A program made the position numbers and the translations under genes. From positions 62,001-126,000 of the forward strand of contig JAQGDQ010000115.1 in the NCBI GenBank assembly GCA_030141605.1: DNA of 64,000 bases, in the 5' to 3' direction. The stretch is from Tubiluchus corallicola. Lineage: Eukaryota > Animalia > Priapulida. The notes below the pieces were generated by a model. It did not search any database. It was not told where the DNA came from and saw nothing but the letters and a program-made list of their open reading frames with translations. Positions within the stretch are counted from its first letter, which is position 1, and each line of letters begins with the position of its first letter. Positions 38,983 to 52,148 of the stretch are shown here, one piece after another.

Positions 38983-39904
38983 CTGTTAACAATAATACTT
39001 ATTATAACTCACAAAGTATCAGAAAGAATGTATAAAAAGTAGCTTTCTATGCGCGGCGGCGATTTGAGTAAAATACAATACCATGTATGACTTCATTAAA
39101 GCTGTAAATTCATTAATGTGTTTTTTTCAAATCTGTGAGTAACAAACGTGCATTGCTTAAATTCTTCAATGCTTACTGCTGTGCATTCGATGGCAGTTTA
39201 ATTTTTAACTTAAAGGACAAGAAAAGAGGTACCTGAAGCAGGTTACAGAAAATCGCTTTAAAAAATGATATTACTTCATAGCAATTTTATGCGTATATCG
39301 TATTTGAAAGTAATTGAAAGAAATTTTTGTTTGTTTTCAATTTAAATCCTCCCGCAATATTGTTCAAACTGCGCCATTACAATGACGTCACCTACGCACA
39401 ATGTAAATCAGAGGAAGAAAAGGCAATGTCAAATTATGTCCCAAAAAACTTTCCATGCGAATCTATATTACTTAGCATTTCGCTTATCTGCTAGAAGGAC
39501 TTGTGAAACTAGAAACAAAAATTATTAATTATTTAAAATGTTTTCACCAATTGATAAAATATCGTTGACTTACCTCCAGGGTGCACCCTCACTAACCAAA
39601 AAACGTACTTTTTAATCTTATTGACAAGATACCGTAATTTAAAATTTTACATAGTTAGTGACGTGTGTGCTACGAATGCTCTGATTATTTTTTCAAACGT
39701 CACACAATATTATTTAACTTGTTTCAAATGCCCTGTCATAAAAATGGCTGAGTCTAACGGTCATCGCGGGAGTTTAAATTAACAGAACTTGTCATACAAC
39801 TTAACTGAAGTCCTGCATGCAAAAGGCAGCATGTACATGGTATAAAATTTCAAGACGATTTCTCAAACTTTATGTTTATGAAGTGTTTTTTGTGCTTTAA
39901 CTGA

Positions 39905-40385
39905 CAGAAGTGTAAAATTGATGATTGTAGAACATCGAAAAGCACTGCGTCGTATACTTGGCATACCATATAACTCGCATTGTACAATGGCGATAACGAT
40001 TGATGAAACTTCCTCTTTTGAATTTTTAATAGCTAAGAGAACGCTTAAACTGTTGGCATGTGTCAATCGGTCAAGAAGTACTGTCTTAAAAACACTGTCA
40101 CTTTTAAACATGAATTCTACTTGTACAATTCAACAGTGAATAGGATATTTATCACACAAAATATTTCAAATTTTAATAACACTGTTTCTGATAATCGTGA
40201 TATAATGGCTTATGAGTTGTACTGGCTTACTAAAGGAGGAAACCACCTACCTGGCTTTTCGTATGATGAAATTCGTCAGATTTTGTATTATATTATAACT
40301 AACTAATGTGAATATTCTTGTAAATTATTACTAACAAATACTAATGAATTGCGCTATTGTAATATGTAATATGTGCGAATAAAAT

Positions 40386-40390
<5 letters not shown>
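39905..40390 (+). mobile_element. LINE 3' fragment (RTEX/Proto2-like); second copy at 44605-45090
   Basis: RKALRRILGIPYNSH motif, ends AATAAA plus (TA)n. Confidence 0.55.
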
Positions 40391-40426
<36 letters not shown>

Positions 40427-40855
40427 CACATCTAAAATGCTCCGCATGGGCCAGTATGCATCCTCGTCATGTCCTTTACTCAGTGTTATCTAAACTTGTT
40501 TCAAATGACTTTCTAACGGTCTCGCCGGAGTTTAAATTTACAGGTTTTATACAAGTTTGTACTAACGCAAGCCCTGTATGCAATAAGACAGCAATTAAGT
40601 GGTATAAAATTTAAATACGAATTTTTTAAGTTTTATTTCTAAGAGTGTTTTCTTGTGTTTTAAGCTGCAAAAACACTTTTGTAGCTTTCGCCATAGTCGG
40701 ATACACTTAGTGAAATTGAGCTACACGCCACATCATTCACTCATAAACCTGACATGTACGTTTTGTGGTTTTGTACATATGCGCCATACATGTTTATGAT
40801 TTTTGGCGTCTTGTACAAAATGTCAAATGCAATATCAGTGAACGTAAGACTATAC

Positions 40856-40938
40856 CTGTGCTGTTTTGTTATCATCCCACTTTTCAATATCAGCTAAATC
40901 ATCGAAGCTTTCACTCATAAACATCTCGTAATATGCAG
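40856..40938 (-). CDS. CLCA: CLCA FnIII repeat 2, exon B
   Basis: Identical by eye to 45554-45636 with intact splice sites. Confidence 0.75.
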
Positions 40939-41972
40939 CTAAAGCAAGAAAATGAACAATTAGTCTTCTTAAAGATGTGTCGTCTGTTTAGGAAATGACA
41001 ATTACTTAAATATAATTATCGCAGCACCAACAAACACTATACTCACTCTTTTCTGAACAAAAATGCCTCTACATTTACCACCGAGAACTAAATGACCTTT
41101 ATGCTATACAAGGATCGTGAAAATTTATATTCGAAACCATGAGATTTTGAGTGAAAGTTTGATATCAACGAACTATCAGAGAATGAGTGCTTCCAGTAAC
41201 AATGAGATGGCGGTGAACTACCTTGGGTGATATCTTGATGCGACCATGACAAGAATAACAATAGACAAAGGAACTACAATTTTGTTCATCCAATTTTTAA
41301 ATGCAGAAGAATCTAAACATGGGCGTGGTTTCTCTTAATGCCCATTTTACATTCACCCGATCTTGGATACAAGAATAAAAATATTAAAATTATAAACGAA
41401 TTTAAATCACCAAATTTGAAAACGACAGACAGAAACTTTCAGCCATTTTCGCGTCTTGTTTCAGAAATGTGTTTCAGAAATCTTTCACTGAAAGTTTGAT
41501 TTTCAAATTTCTCTGGAGCTAATCAACACGTTTATTTTGAGGTTAACTGTCGTACAGCTGTTGACAATTTATCTGAGTTTATCTATGTTTGAAGCATTGC
41601 AGTTATTTCTTCTGCTGCCATGCCGACTATGGAGCAGCGGTGTAAAATCGCTACATAAAAAAGCATAGGAAGTTGGGTGTAAAGTCTCTTCACTTGACTT
41701 ACACGATACCAAGTTTGGTCCCACCTGAGTTTTCTGTTTCGCACATTTAGCCAACCAGATTGTGAATTGGTTCCCTTTGTAAGTGACGTTTTAATAAATG
41801 TTTAAAAATAATGAGGGATTTTTGAAACACCCTGTATTGTGAAACACTCCGTATAAAGGCAAGTAATACTTATTTCAAATGCTGGTACGAATATTGAGTA
41901 TTTCACTACACTGGAAAAGTAGCTTCCTCTATAAACAGTATAAACTCAAAAGTCCACCAACAAGGTCCAAAC

Positions 41973-42197
41973 CTGTTCCTGTGTCCAAATCTGCGCCAGG
42001 CGCTGTCCATTCAAAGTTGATAAGGTTCGAATCCTTGTTGATGCTTATAATTCTTAAATCAGTCACGTCATTGGGTGGATAAATGTTAGCTAAAATTCGG
42101 AAGGTTGCCGAAACAACATTAGATAAGCCACTTTTCTTTGCATCGCCATCAAAACCGTCGTAAGCCCAGAGACCAAACCAGAGTACCGTTCCTTCCT
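41973..42197 (-). CDS. CLCA: CLCA chimeric junction exon (end of FnIII-1 fused to start of FnIII-2)
   Basis: 225 nt, phase 1 to 1, open: EEGTVLWFGLWAYDGFDGDAKKSGLSNVVSATF-RILA-NIYPPNDVTDL...WTAPGADLDTGT. Confidence 0.75.
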
Positions 42198-43583
42198 CTG
42201 CAACAGTCAGTAAATATCAATAAATGTGTAATAAAATTGTAGATTAGCTCTGCGCAAACGTTTGCTTATTAATAAGTCAGACCGTCAAGACAAGAGTGTT
42301 GCTTTGACATGTTGTTAATCAAATATGAACGTAAATTATGTTTGAGAATCAATTAAATTTCAGTACTTGAAGCACTTCACTGTTCAGTGCTTATGAAACA
42401 GTAGTCCCTATAATATTCAGATCGAAACGTAAGCTCTGCGATGAATAATTAATATTTCCTGAATGACTGCATTTAATGTTATTATTATAATTAATATTAA
42501 TTATTATTATTATTAATATTAACTACACTATTCTTCCTGTTAAAATGTTTATTCCATCTTTTTATTAATCTTTAGCTGCTGGCTGCCCTTTCTGTTTTAA
42601 GAAAAAATGCAATTCCACCATGTTTGTGGAGCAGAAGGCAAAAATATCATTGGTTTGATCAAGCTTCATCGAGCTGTAGTTTTATAAATACTGGGTAGGC
42701 AAAAGTTGGTGTCAAGGTATTTTTGAGCTCGTGTCAAAAGTTGGTATGTTTTTCTGAAAGATATGAATGTACCTCACCGAAATGTTTCATTTCTGTGATA
42801 CATAGGAACCCAGAAGAGCTTACTGATTACCTGTCTATATAGCTGGCTAATCACTGATATTACTGGTACCTTACAGCCGTTAGTGAGCGCTATTTACATG
42901 ACTTTTTGAAGCGATTTGCAACGTGAAAAATGTTCATCATTAGCAAAAATAATTTCCTGAATACCTCGTACCCTCCAGAACGAAGCATTAGATTTTAGGT
43001 TAATTCAGTACACATATTAACAACATATAATAGTACCATATTGTATGTATTTACAACAAACATAAAAATGATTGATAAAAAAGATTAAAATTACTAATTA
43101 ACAATCTAAAATACATGTTAAAAATACCTTGCCTAAAAGTTTACAACTTAAAATCATCACAAAATATCTTTCGCTGGGTTTTATAAAAACTGTGACTCAA
43201 ATACCACATTAGAGTTTATACAACCACTAATTAGAATCACATTTACTTGTATTCGATTTCTTAAGCTATAGCACTTCTTCCTTATTTCTTATTATTACTT
43301 GAAAATGTGGAATCCTGCTATGTGTTCATATACCAGATGCACAAAAATTTCTGTGCCCTAGATTCTATACAAAAATCCTCTTTCTGGATGACTTCGATTT
43401 TTAGGCAGCTTTTATCCAGTCACCTGTTTTTTTCTGACAGTCTTCACTTCTGGTCACCTGATCGATTCTGGGAGCTAACCTAAGATGTTAATCCCGCGGT
43501 CGTTCGTTCATGATTAACTTTGTTTAGCCTATTAGTAGACTTGCTACTGTCAAAAGTTTACATCTATATTAAATCCTACTCAC

Positions 43584-43683
43584 CATTTACATTTCGTATC
43601 TGCAAAGTTACACGTTCCAGTGAACCACTTTCTAGTGGATTTGAAAGGTTACCAGATACAACCTGTTCTTCTGTTATTCGCAT
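43584..43683 (-). CDS. CLCA: CLCA FnIII repeat 1, exon C
   Basis: aacag|MRITEEQVVSGNLSNPLESGSLERVTLQIRNVN|gtgag. Confidence 0.85.
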
Positions 43684-45085
43684 CTGTTAACAATAATACT
43701 TATTATAACTCACAAAGTATCAGAAAGAATGTATAAAAAGTAGCTTTCTATGCGCGGCGGCGATTTGAGTAAAATACAATACCATGTATGACTTCATTAA
43801 AGCTGTAAATTCATTAATGTGTTTTTTCAAATCTGTGAGTAACAAACGTGCATTGCTTAAATTCTTCAATGCTTACTGCTGTGCATTCGATGGCAGTTTA
43901 ATTTTTAACTTAAAGGACAAGAAAAGAGGTACCTGAAGCAGGTTACAGAAAATCGCTTTAAAAAATGATATTACTTCATAGCAATTTTATGCGTATATCG
44001 TATTTGAAAGTAATTGAAAGAAATTTTTGTTTGTTTTCAATTTAAATCCTCCCGCAATATTGTTCAAACTGCGCCATTACAATGACGTCACCTACGCACA
44101 ATGTAAATCAGAGGAAGAAAAGGCAATGTCAAATTATGTCCCAAAAAACTTTCCATGCGAATCTATATTACTTAGCATTTCGCTTATCTGCTAGAAGGAC
44201 TTGTGAAACTAGAAACAAAAATTATTAATTATTTAAAATGTTTTCACCAATTGATAAAATATCGTTGACTTACCTCCAGGGTGCACCCTCACTAACCAAA
44301 AAACGTACTTTTTAATCTTATTGACAAGATACCGTAATTTAAAATTTTACATAGTTAGTGACGTGTGTGCTACGAATGCTCTGATTATTTTTTCAAACGT
44401 CACACAATATTATTTAACTTGTTTCAAATGCCCTGTCATAAAAATGGCTGAGTCTAACGGTCATCGCGGGAGTTTAAATTTACAGAACTTGTCATACAAC
44501 TTAACTGAAGTCCTGCATGCAAAAGGCAGCATGTACATGGTATAAAATTTCAAGACGATTTCTCAAACTTTATGTTTATGAAGTGTTTTTTGTGCTTTAA
44601 CTGACAGAAGTGTAAAATTGATGATTGTAGAACATCGAAAAGCACTGCGTCGTATACTTGGCATACCATATAACTCGCATTGTACAATGGCGATAACGAT
44701 TGATGAAACTTCCTCTTTTGAATTTTTAATAGCTAAGAGAACGCTTAAACTGTTGGCATGTGTCAATCGGTCAAGAAGTACTGTCTTAAAAACACTGTCA
44801 CTTTTAAACATGAATTCTACTTGTACAATTCAACAGTGAATAGGATATTTATCACACAAAATATTTCAAATTTTAATAACACTGTTTCTGATAATCGTGA
44901 TATAATGGCTTATGAGTTGTACTGGCTTACTAAAGGAGGAAACCACCTACCTGGCTTTTCGTATGATGAAATTCGTCAGATTTTGTATTATATTATAACT
45001 AACTAATGTGAATATTCTTGTAAATTATTACTAACAAATACTAATGAATTGCGCTATTGTAATATGTAATATGTGTGAATAAAAT

Positions 45086-45124
<39 letters not shown>

Positions 45125-45553
45125 CACATCTAAAATGCTCCGCATGGGCCAGTATGCATCCTCGTCATGTCCTTTACTCAGTGTTATCTAAACTTGTTTC
45201 AAATGACTTTCTAACGGTCTCGCCGGAGTTTAAATTTACAGGTTTTATACAAGTTTGTACTAACGCAAGCCCTGTATGCAATAAGACAGCAATTAAGTGG
45301 TATAAAATTTAAATACGAATTTTTTAAGTTTTATTTCTAAGAGTGTTTTCTTGTGTTTTAAGCTGCAAAAACACTTTTGTAGCTTTCGCCATAGTCGGAT
45401 ACACTTAGTGAAATTGAGCTACACGCCACATCATTCACTCATAAACCTGACATGTACGTTTTGTGGTTTTGTACATATGCGCCATACATGTTTATGATTT
45501 TTGGCGTCTTGTACAAAATGTCAAATGCAATATCAGTGAACGTAAGACTATAC

Positions 45554-45636
45554 CTGTGCTGTTTTGTTATCATCCCACTTTTCAATATCAGCTAAATCAT
45601 CGAAGCTTTCACTCATAAACATCTCGTAATATGCAG
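45554..45636 (-). CDS. CLCA: CLCA FnIII repeat 1, exon B
   Basis: tttag|AAYYEMFMSESFDDLADIEKWDDNKTAQ|gtata. Confidence 0.85.
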
Positions 45637-46670
45637 CTAAAGCAAGAAAATGAACAATTAGTCTTCTTAAAGATGTGTCGTCTGTTTAGGAAGTGACAAT
45701 TACTTAAATATAATTATCGCAGCACCAACAAACACTATACTCACTCTTTTCTGAACAAAAATGCCTCTACATTTACCACCGAGAACTAAATGACCTTTAT
45801 GCTATACAAGGATCGTGAAAATTTATATTCGAAACCATGAGATTTTGAGTGAAAGTTTGATATCAACGAACTATCAGAGAATGAGTGCTTCCAGTAACAA
45901 TGAGATGGCGGTGAACTACCTTGGGTGATATCTTGATGCGACCATGACAAGAATAACAATAGACAAAGGAACTACAATTTTGTTCATCCAATTTTTAAAT
46001 GCAGAAGAATCTAAACATGGGCGTGGTTTCTCTTAATGCCCATTTTACATTCACCCGATCTTGGATACAAGAATAAAAATATTAAAATTATAAACGAATT
46101 TAAATCACCAAATTTGAAAACGACAGACAGAAACTTTCAGCCATTTTCGCGTCTTGTTTCAGAAATGTGTTTCAGAAATCTTTCACTGAAAGTTTGATTT
46201 TCAAATTTCTCTGGAGCTAATCAACACGTTTATTTTGAGGTTAACTGTCGTACAGCTGTTGACAATTTATCTGAGTTTATCTATGTTTGAAGCATTGCAG
46301 TTATTTCTTCTGCTGCCATGCCGACTATGGAGCAGCGGTGTAAAATCGCTACATAAAAAAGCATAGGAAGTTGGGTGTAAAGTCTCTTCACTTGACTTAC
46401 ACGATACCAAGTTTGGTCCCACCTGAGTTTTCTGTTTCGCATATTTAGCCAACCAGATTGTGAATTGGTTCCCTTTGTAAGTGACGTTTTAATAAATGTT
46501 TAAAAATAATGAGGGATTTTTGAAACACCCTGTATTGTGAAACACTCCGTATAAAGGCAAGTAATACTTATTTCAAATGCTGGTACGAATATTGAGTATT
46601 TCACTACACTGGAAAAGTAGCTTCCTCTATAAACAGTATAAACTCAAAAGTCCACCAACAAGGTCCAAAC

Positions 46671-46790
46671 CTGTTCCTGTGTCCAAATCTGCGCCAGGCG
46701 CTGTCCATTCAAAGTTGATAAGGTTCGAATCCGTGTTGATGCTTATAATTCTTAAATCAGTCACGTCATTGGGTGGATAAATGTTTTTAG
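46671..46790 (-). CDS. CLCA: CLCA FnIII repeat 1, exon A
   Basis: KNIYPPNDVTDL...FEWTAPGADLDTGT. Confidence 0.92.
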
Positions 46791-47584
46791 CTAAAATGAA
46801 TAAAAAAGTTAATGAACGTTATATCTGGAATTGGGAATTTAACATCTAAACGATGCCATTACTATTATACAGCATCTATGTGTGGCCACATTTCAATATA
46901 GCTAACAGGTGTACGTTCTCAATAAATATTATCACAAATTTGTTTCTTAATAAAGTAGCTTTGATATAGTAGTAGTTTCTGTGTACTAGAAAAGTAGTTT
47001 CTATTTAGCGTAGATATATAATTATTGTTAATAATATTGTTGCGGAGCCCTCCCATGGGAGCCGCCAGGGGGTCGAGGGACGCGAAGACGGCTGAGCAGT
47101 CAGCCTTCGTTTGACCGCTTTGCATTCTACTAGGAAGGAGTGCACAAGAAAGAAAGACAAAAGATAATTAATTAGATTCATACTATGCTGTACCTACCAA
47201 AATGACAACCACTGCTAGGCACTGGAAAGAGCAGCACACATGGTGGACGTGACAAGACGACAGAGACGTAGAAAACTACGTGCTCACTGATTTCATAGAA
47301 ATTGACGCGCATGCGCAAAGTCAACCTTGAGTAAGCGTTCCCGCAACAATATGCTAAAACGGACATTTTAATAAAGCATAAATAACCAATAAAGCAAAGA
47401 ATTTTAATATTAAAATGAAGATTAAAATTCACTTTAACAATTTTACAGTAAGGCAACTTCACACGGTGTCTTTGTCCTTTTTTCGTATAGCCAATACGTG
47501 CCCGCAAGAGCGCTTATTCTGGAAGTAGTTTCAGTTGCCATAGTAACGTTCACCATCACCATCACCGGAGTGCCATCACCACCT

Positions 47585-47830
47585 TAGGGGCTAAGACAGC
47601 AGAGGCGAAAAGAATTGAGGAGGCAGAGGCGCAAGAGACTAAAGGCATGTGACACTGCCCAACAACAGGTCAAAACACCCAGCTTCACCTGTGCCAAATG
47701 TCAAAGAAGTTTCCACACCAGAATTGGCCTAGTCAGACACCTTCGCGCTCATCAAAGGAGTGACAACCCCCTAAACTGACCTTTTATCCCTGTCACTATG
47801 GTCATTTTCGATTCGAAGGACGAACATCAA
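47585..47830 (+). mobile_element. RTE-clade LINE 3' end with C2H2 finger
   Basis: FTCAKCQRSFHTRIGLVRHLRAH...* followed by tail gtcattttcgattcgaaggacgaac. Confidence 0.8.
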
Positions 47831-47961
47831 TCACTAACATTCAGTAACACTAAAATGCTAAACTCAAATGGAGCAGCTGTAAAAACTAAACTAAGAGTCA
47901 TAACTCACTTATTGTACTCAGTGTTCTCATAGTGACAAATTATATGAACAAAAATACGTAC

Positions 47962-48136
47962 ATGAATCAAAATCGTCGTTAACGTCAAGTGTAAACGACC
48001 CTCCGTTCGCGTATCGTTGAAAGTCGCCAGTGTCTTGCTTAGACTGCAAATTTCTTACTGATTTAAATGCAGCGCCACGGCCAAATGGTATTCTAGTTTC
48101 GATGACAGTATCTACCTCCTCGTTATTTACTACAAC
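47962..48136 (-). CDS. CLCA: CLCA exon (region equivalent to the self-cleavage site)
   Basis: VVVNNEE...GRGAAF...GDFQRYANGGSFTL. Confidence 0.88.
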
Positions 48137-48896
48137 CTTTAAAACAAAAAAAAAAACAGATTGAGAAAACTAAAGCAAATATTGAATCATAAAGTATGTT
48201 TAAGGTATGTTGTAATATTGATATTCATGGAAACCATACGAACAAATTAAATAAAAGGAATTTCATCTCTACGTAAGAATTAGCACAAACGTATGTTAGC
48301 GAAATTGATCCCTGTATTACGCTACAGTGCCTGGCAATGGTGACAGTGACACTGATCATGATGATGAAAATGATGACTGTGACGACGTATCATTTGGAAA
48401 TAAGTGTATGAATTAGTTTCGCTAGATCTCGGGAAAAGCAAAGCACAGTTCACACCTGTCGTATCTCTACTCATTAATTATGTAGCTTGATATAGAAGGG
48501 CTCGATACACGAGAACTTCTAAATATGTAATTATGTTATTATGCAATTTTCTGATTCAAATCTTTCGTAATTCGTTAAAAAACAAACAACATTAGCAAAG
48601 AAAGGAACACAAGATCATACTTGCTGAAACTAATACACGTAATATACTTAATGATTGTGCTTAATTACACATTGGACCACCTGGACCACCTTAGCAGTAC
48701 CATGCAGAACAACGTCATCAGATGCATCCGGTTATTAAAAATGTGTACCAATATCCGCTCAACGTTGAGAAATATATACTTGAAAATACTTGAACGTAAG
48801 CAACTATCGTTTGTGGCAAGATTGTCGGACACGTCCGTTTATCTTGCCAGACTAAAACTAAAATGATAGGTAAAATTTCCAGGTGTAAGTGAATGT

Positions 48897-49117
48897 TACA
48901 TAACCGAACCGATCACCGAAGTTAAGCAACGCAGAGCCTGGTTAGTACTTGGATGGGTGACCGCCCAGGAATACCACGTACTATAGGCTTGCGGGATGCC
49001 CACACTGTATCTCGATACTAGGCGGAGGAGCTTGACACAAGCAGCCAACGGCTAGAGGGCAGAGGAGGTCGGCGCACGCTCCATTGTCTTCCGAGACAGA
49101 AGGATGCCAACAACAAC
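48897..49117 (+). mobile_element. 5S rRNA-derived SINE, internally deleted copy
   Basis: gatcaccgaagttaagcaacgcagagcctggttagtacttggatgggtgaccgcccaggaataccacgtactataggctt is the 3' two-thirds of 5S rRNA including A and C boxes; same tail; perfect 8-bp TSD gtgaatgt. Confidence 0.88.
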
Positions 49118-49164
49118 GTGAATGTAGCCAAGTAATGACCATTTACGAGTAGCTTTAATATATA

Positions 49165-49209
<45 letters not shown>

Positions 49210-49785
49210 AATATAATATAATATAATATTAATATAATATATTAATATAATATATATATATATATATAATATATATTCTTTATTTGTCATTAAATGGTTC
49301 ACTCATTATAATAAAATTGAGTAAGCCTCAGCGTAATGTTAAAGTAACAACACTGTTCAAGACAAATACGTCCAGTGCATGAACATATTTACAAACACAT
49401 ATTAAAATATTTTTACAAAACAATATTACAAATGTACATTAAATTTTACATGACATATTTTACACAATATACATTTGACATGACACAATTAACAGAAACA
49501 TGCTTTACATTACATAAATTTCACTAATTACATTTGCACTATTTATACATTTGACATTTGACAATTGAAGTCAATCACCCAACAACCAAGTTTTTAAGTG
49601 CAAAAATATTATAGGTTTTACACGTCAAATGTAGACACAGGAAAGTAATAATATATTGGGTATTATTCTAACAGTAATAAAAAGGTAATAGCAATGTAAT
49701 GAGGTAATATTTTTTTAGCCTACAAGATTCCTAATGATGTACGTCACAATGTGAAATTATGAAGTGACAATAACAATAACGATAA

Positions 49786-49786
<1 letters not shown>

Positions 49787-49833
<47 letters not shown>

Positions 49834-49846
49834 TAACAACAACAAC

Positions 49847-49937
<91 letters not shown>
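49787..49937. repeat. (AAC)n(AAT)n microsatellite
   Basis: Direct reading. Confidence 0.96.
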
Positions 49938-49972
49938 TTAAAAATAAAAATATTGTACATAGTTTGACTTAC

Positions 49973-50163
49973 AGTAACGCTGTAACGACCACCATGAGTA
50001 AATGAAGTGAAATATTGCGAATAAATGCCATCATTTCTAGTTATATCTGCTCCTGCCCCGTCATCGTACATTTGTAAAGTGAAAGTTTCTTCCCCTGTCT
50101 TCTTGTTTTTTACTGGTCTCTCAACAACTCCTTTAACATTAGCGTTCAAGACGGGATTATATC
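49973..50163 (-). CDS. CLCA: CLCA exon
   Basis: GYNPVLNANVKGVV...DDGAGADITRNDGIYSQYF...GRYSV, a hallmark CLCA motif. Confidence 0.95.
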
Positions 50164-51061
50164 CTAAAGAAATAAGGAAAAACTGCTGGACAAGAGTTAG
50201 CAAAGTGAGTAGAACAATGCCACACCTAATGCTACAATTCCTATGTGATATGAAACAAAAGCAATTCTTGTCGAGAAGCCCCAGCTTGGATTATTTAAAC
50301 AGAACCTCTTAATCATCCAGGATCGTGTATACATATGTGGTTCACGAACGGGCAGCTGCTGGTTATAATGAAGCTGAGGCAATAATCGGTTTTTAGATCA
50401 GATGCATGATTGAAAAATGTTTTTATCTTATAGGTGTACTTTTATTAATTTTAAACTATTCAGCCTCTCGGGAAATATATATGACTGTTATACATGTAGT
50501 TGAGATTTTCTGCGCCTAATTGGACAACATTTTATTTCTAAACCCGGCACGAGAACACAGGAATGTTTTTAAACATATTTGGACACTAAGCGAAATGAAA
50601 GGCTGTAACGGCAGGCAAGCCATTCAACAAATCAGGACTAACTCCAAATATACAACAAGCTCAAGCAACATGATTTAATCACTGTTACCTTGAAAGAGAC
50701 AGAGTCTCTAACGCATTTGTACTTATAAAACAATTAAGAGCAGTTGCGTTAAGAACTGCCAGATAGATCTTGAAAACTTTAAACACGGAAAGACTAGCCT
50801 CCATAAAGGCAAACAGGATCGTTTTTGATGTCTAACATTAAATAGTATACTTAAAATATAACAAAGATTTGTTGAACACAACTTCTCAAAATGCGTTATA
50901 AATGCGTTACAAAATGAGTTACTAACGTAAACTAAACATTAAGACTTGTCTGATGTAGTGATATGTCCATTAGCTCGAGATAGGCAGGTATTGAGCCTAT
51001 TGGACTGATTAAAACAAGCAGGTAAGCCAAGTATACAATGTAGACTGATGTTGCTTGTTAC

Positions 51062-51239
51062 CTCTATAAACGCCGACAAGTAAAACTTGCTTTTCTGGAG
51101 GTGTGATTTTTGTAAACTTCCATTTTGCTTCAGCTGTTAATGGATAAGCGCCGTCTTCTACTGAGTAAGAGGTAACTGTTACTGTGACACTCTGATCCCG
51201 ATTACCATTCCTAATAATAGTACAGAAGTACTCGCCAGG
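51062..51239 (-). CDS. CLCA: CLCA exon
   Basis: PGEYFCTI...VTVTVTS...VLLVGVYRG; AG/GT boundaries in phase. Confidence 0.9.
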
Positions 51240-51371
51240 CTGAAATAAACAGAGGTAAGATTAATTAATGTTAGTCTTAACGTCAGATTTGTAGGCAGCA
51301 CAAATGGGGGCACTACCGTCTACTATTAGACGGCGCAGGTGTAAAAAATTTCTTGCCTATTAGTCTGGTGC

Positions 51372-52040
51372 TTTAACTTTTTCAGGACCGTGAGCATTTG
51401 CTGCATTTTTGTAGGCGTCTACTCCTCACACAATGGATTTTCATGCAAAATAATGTACTTACTCTTAATCTGCTTACGTTAGACAAAAATCGATTTTTGA
51501 CGAATAAATTGAAAGAAGCTTTCAGTAACTGCAGTGTTTGTACTGTAACAAAGTACCTATCACTTGTGTGAAATCGGCTAAGGCAGAAACTTCAAATGTC
51601 CAGACACAACACTCTGATACACTTTGGCGGCAAGTCTACTCTATTTTTTAAGGAGAAATTCCTTTGAAAGATGAAATGACCTAAATTTGTCCTTGGCTGA
51701 TCGATTGGTTTTTCCTGGAACAGCAGCAGAACACTGCACAACTTGGACTGTACCAAGCAGGCGATCCATAAATTAGTTTGTACGATCACGCAAGAGTATA
51801 CCAGAATAAGCTTTTCAATAGACTAAGTTCGAAAGCCTGAAAAGGGCGTGTTTTTCTTAATTTTATCCAATTAAATCACTAATAACTGTTTAGGCAAAGT
51901 ACGTGATTGGATAGCCGATATTCTTCTGAAAAGAGCAGTACCTAATTTGTAATCATTTAGTTATGTCTGTGCTCATACATCAGCAGAAAAATTATAGGTC
52001 TTACAAAACCTATTTTAAATGGAGCGGTCCTGGGGTTTAA
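51372..52040. mobile_element. TTAA-flanked MITE; diverged relative at about 57360-57803
   Basis: ttaactttttcaggaccg ... cggtcctggggtttaa; shared body ending aatcatttagttatgtctgtgctcataca. Confidence 0.6.
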
Positions 52041-52148
52041 ATACGTAGCTAGTCGGAGTGAAATACACTAAATTACAAGTTAAAATACACTTTAATAACA
52101 AAATCTTTTGCAACTGAGATAGCGAGAAATGTGCTACGTAATTCATAC

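Larger units (their letters stand above)
37398..42096. repeat. 4.7-kb tandem duplication, copy 1
   Basis: Collinear with 42099-46796; about 13 differences seen by eye. Confidence 0.97.
42099..46796. repeat. 4.7-kb tandem duplication, copy 2
   Basis: Begins ggaaggttgccg like copy 1 and ends at ttagctaaaat. Confidence 0.97.

Noticed and set aside
41569-42082. Track ORFs duplicated in the tandem repeat (61 aa and 67 aa)
   Set aside because: Intronic or antisense to real CLCA exons; they recur only because the DNA is duplicated
48905-48990. Functional 5S rRNA gene
   Set aside because: The 5' third is missing, there is no oligo-T terminator, and it continues into a SINE body with tail and TSD
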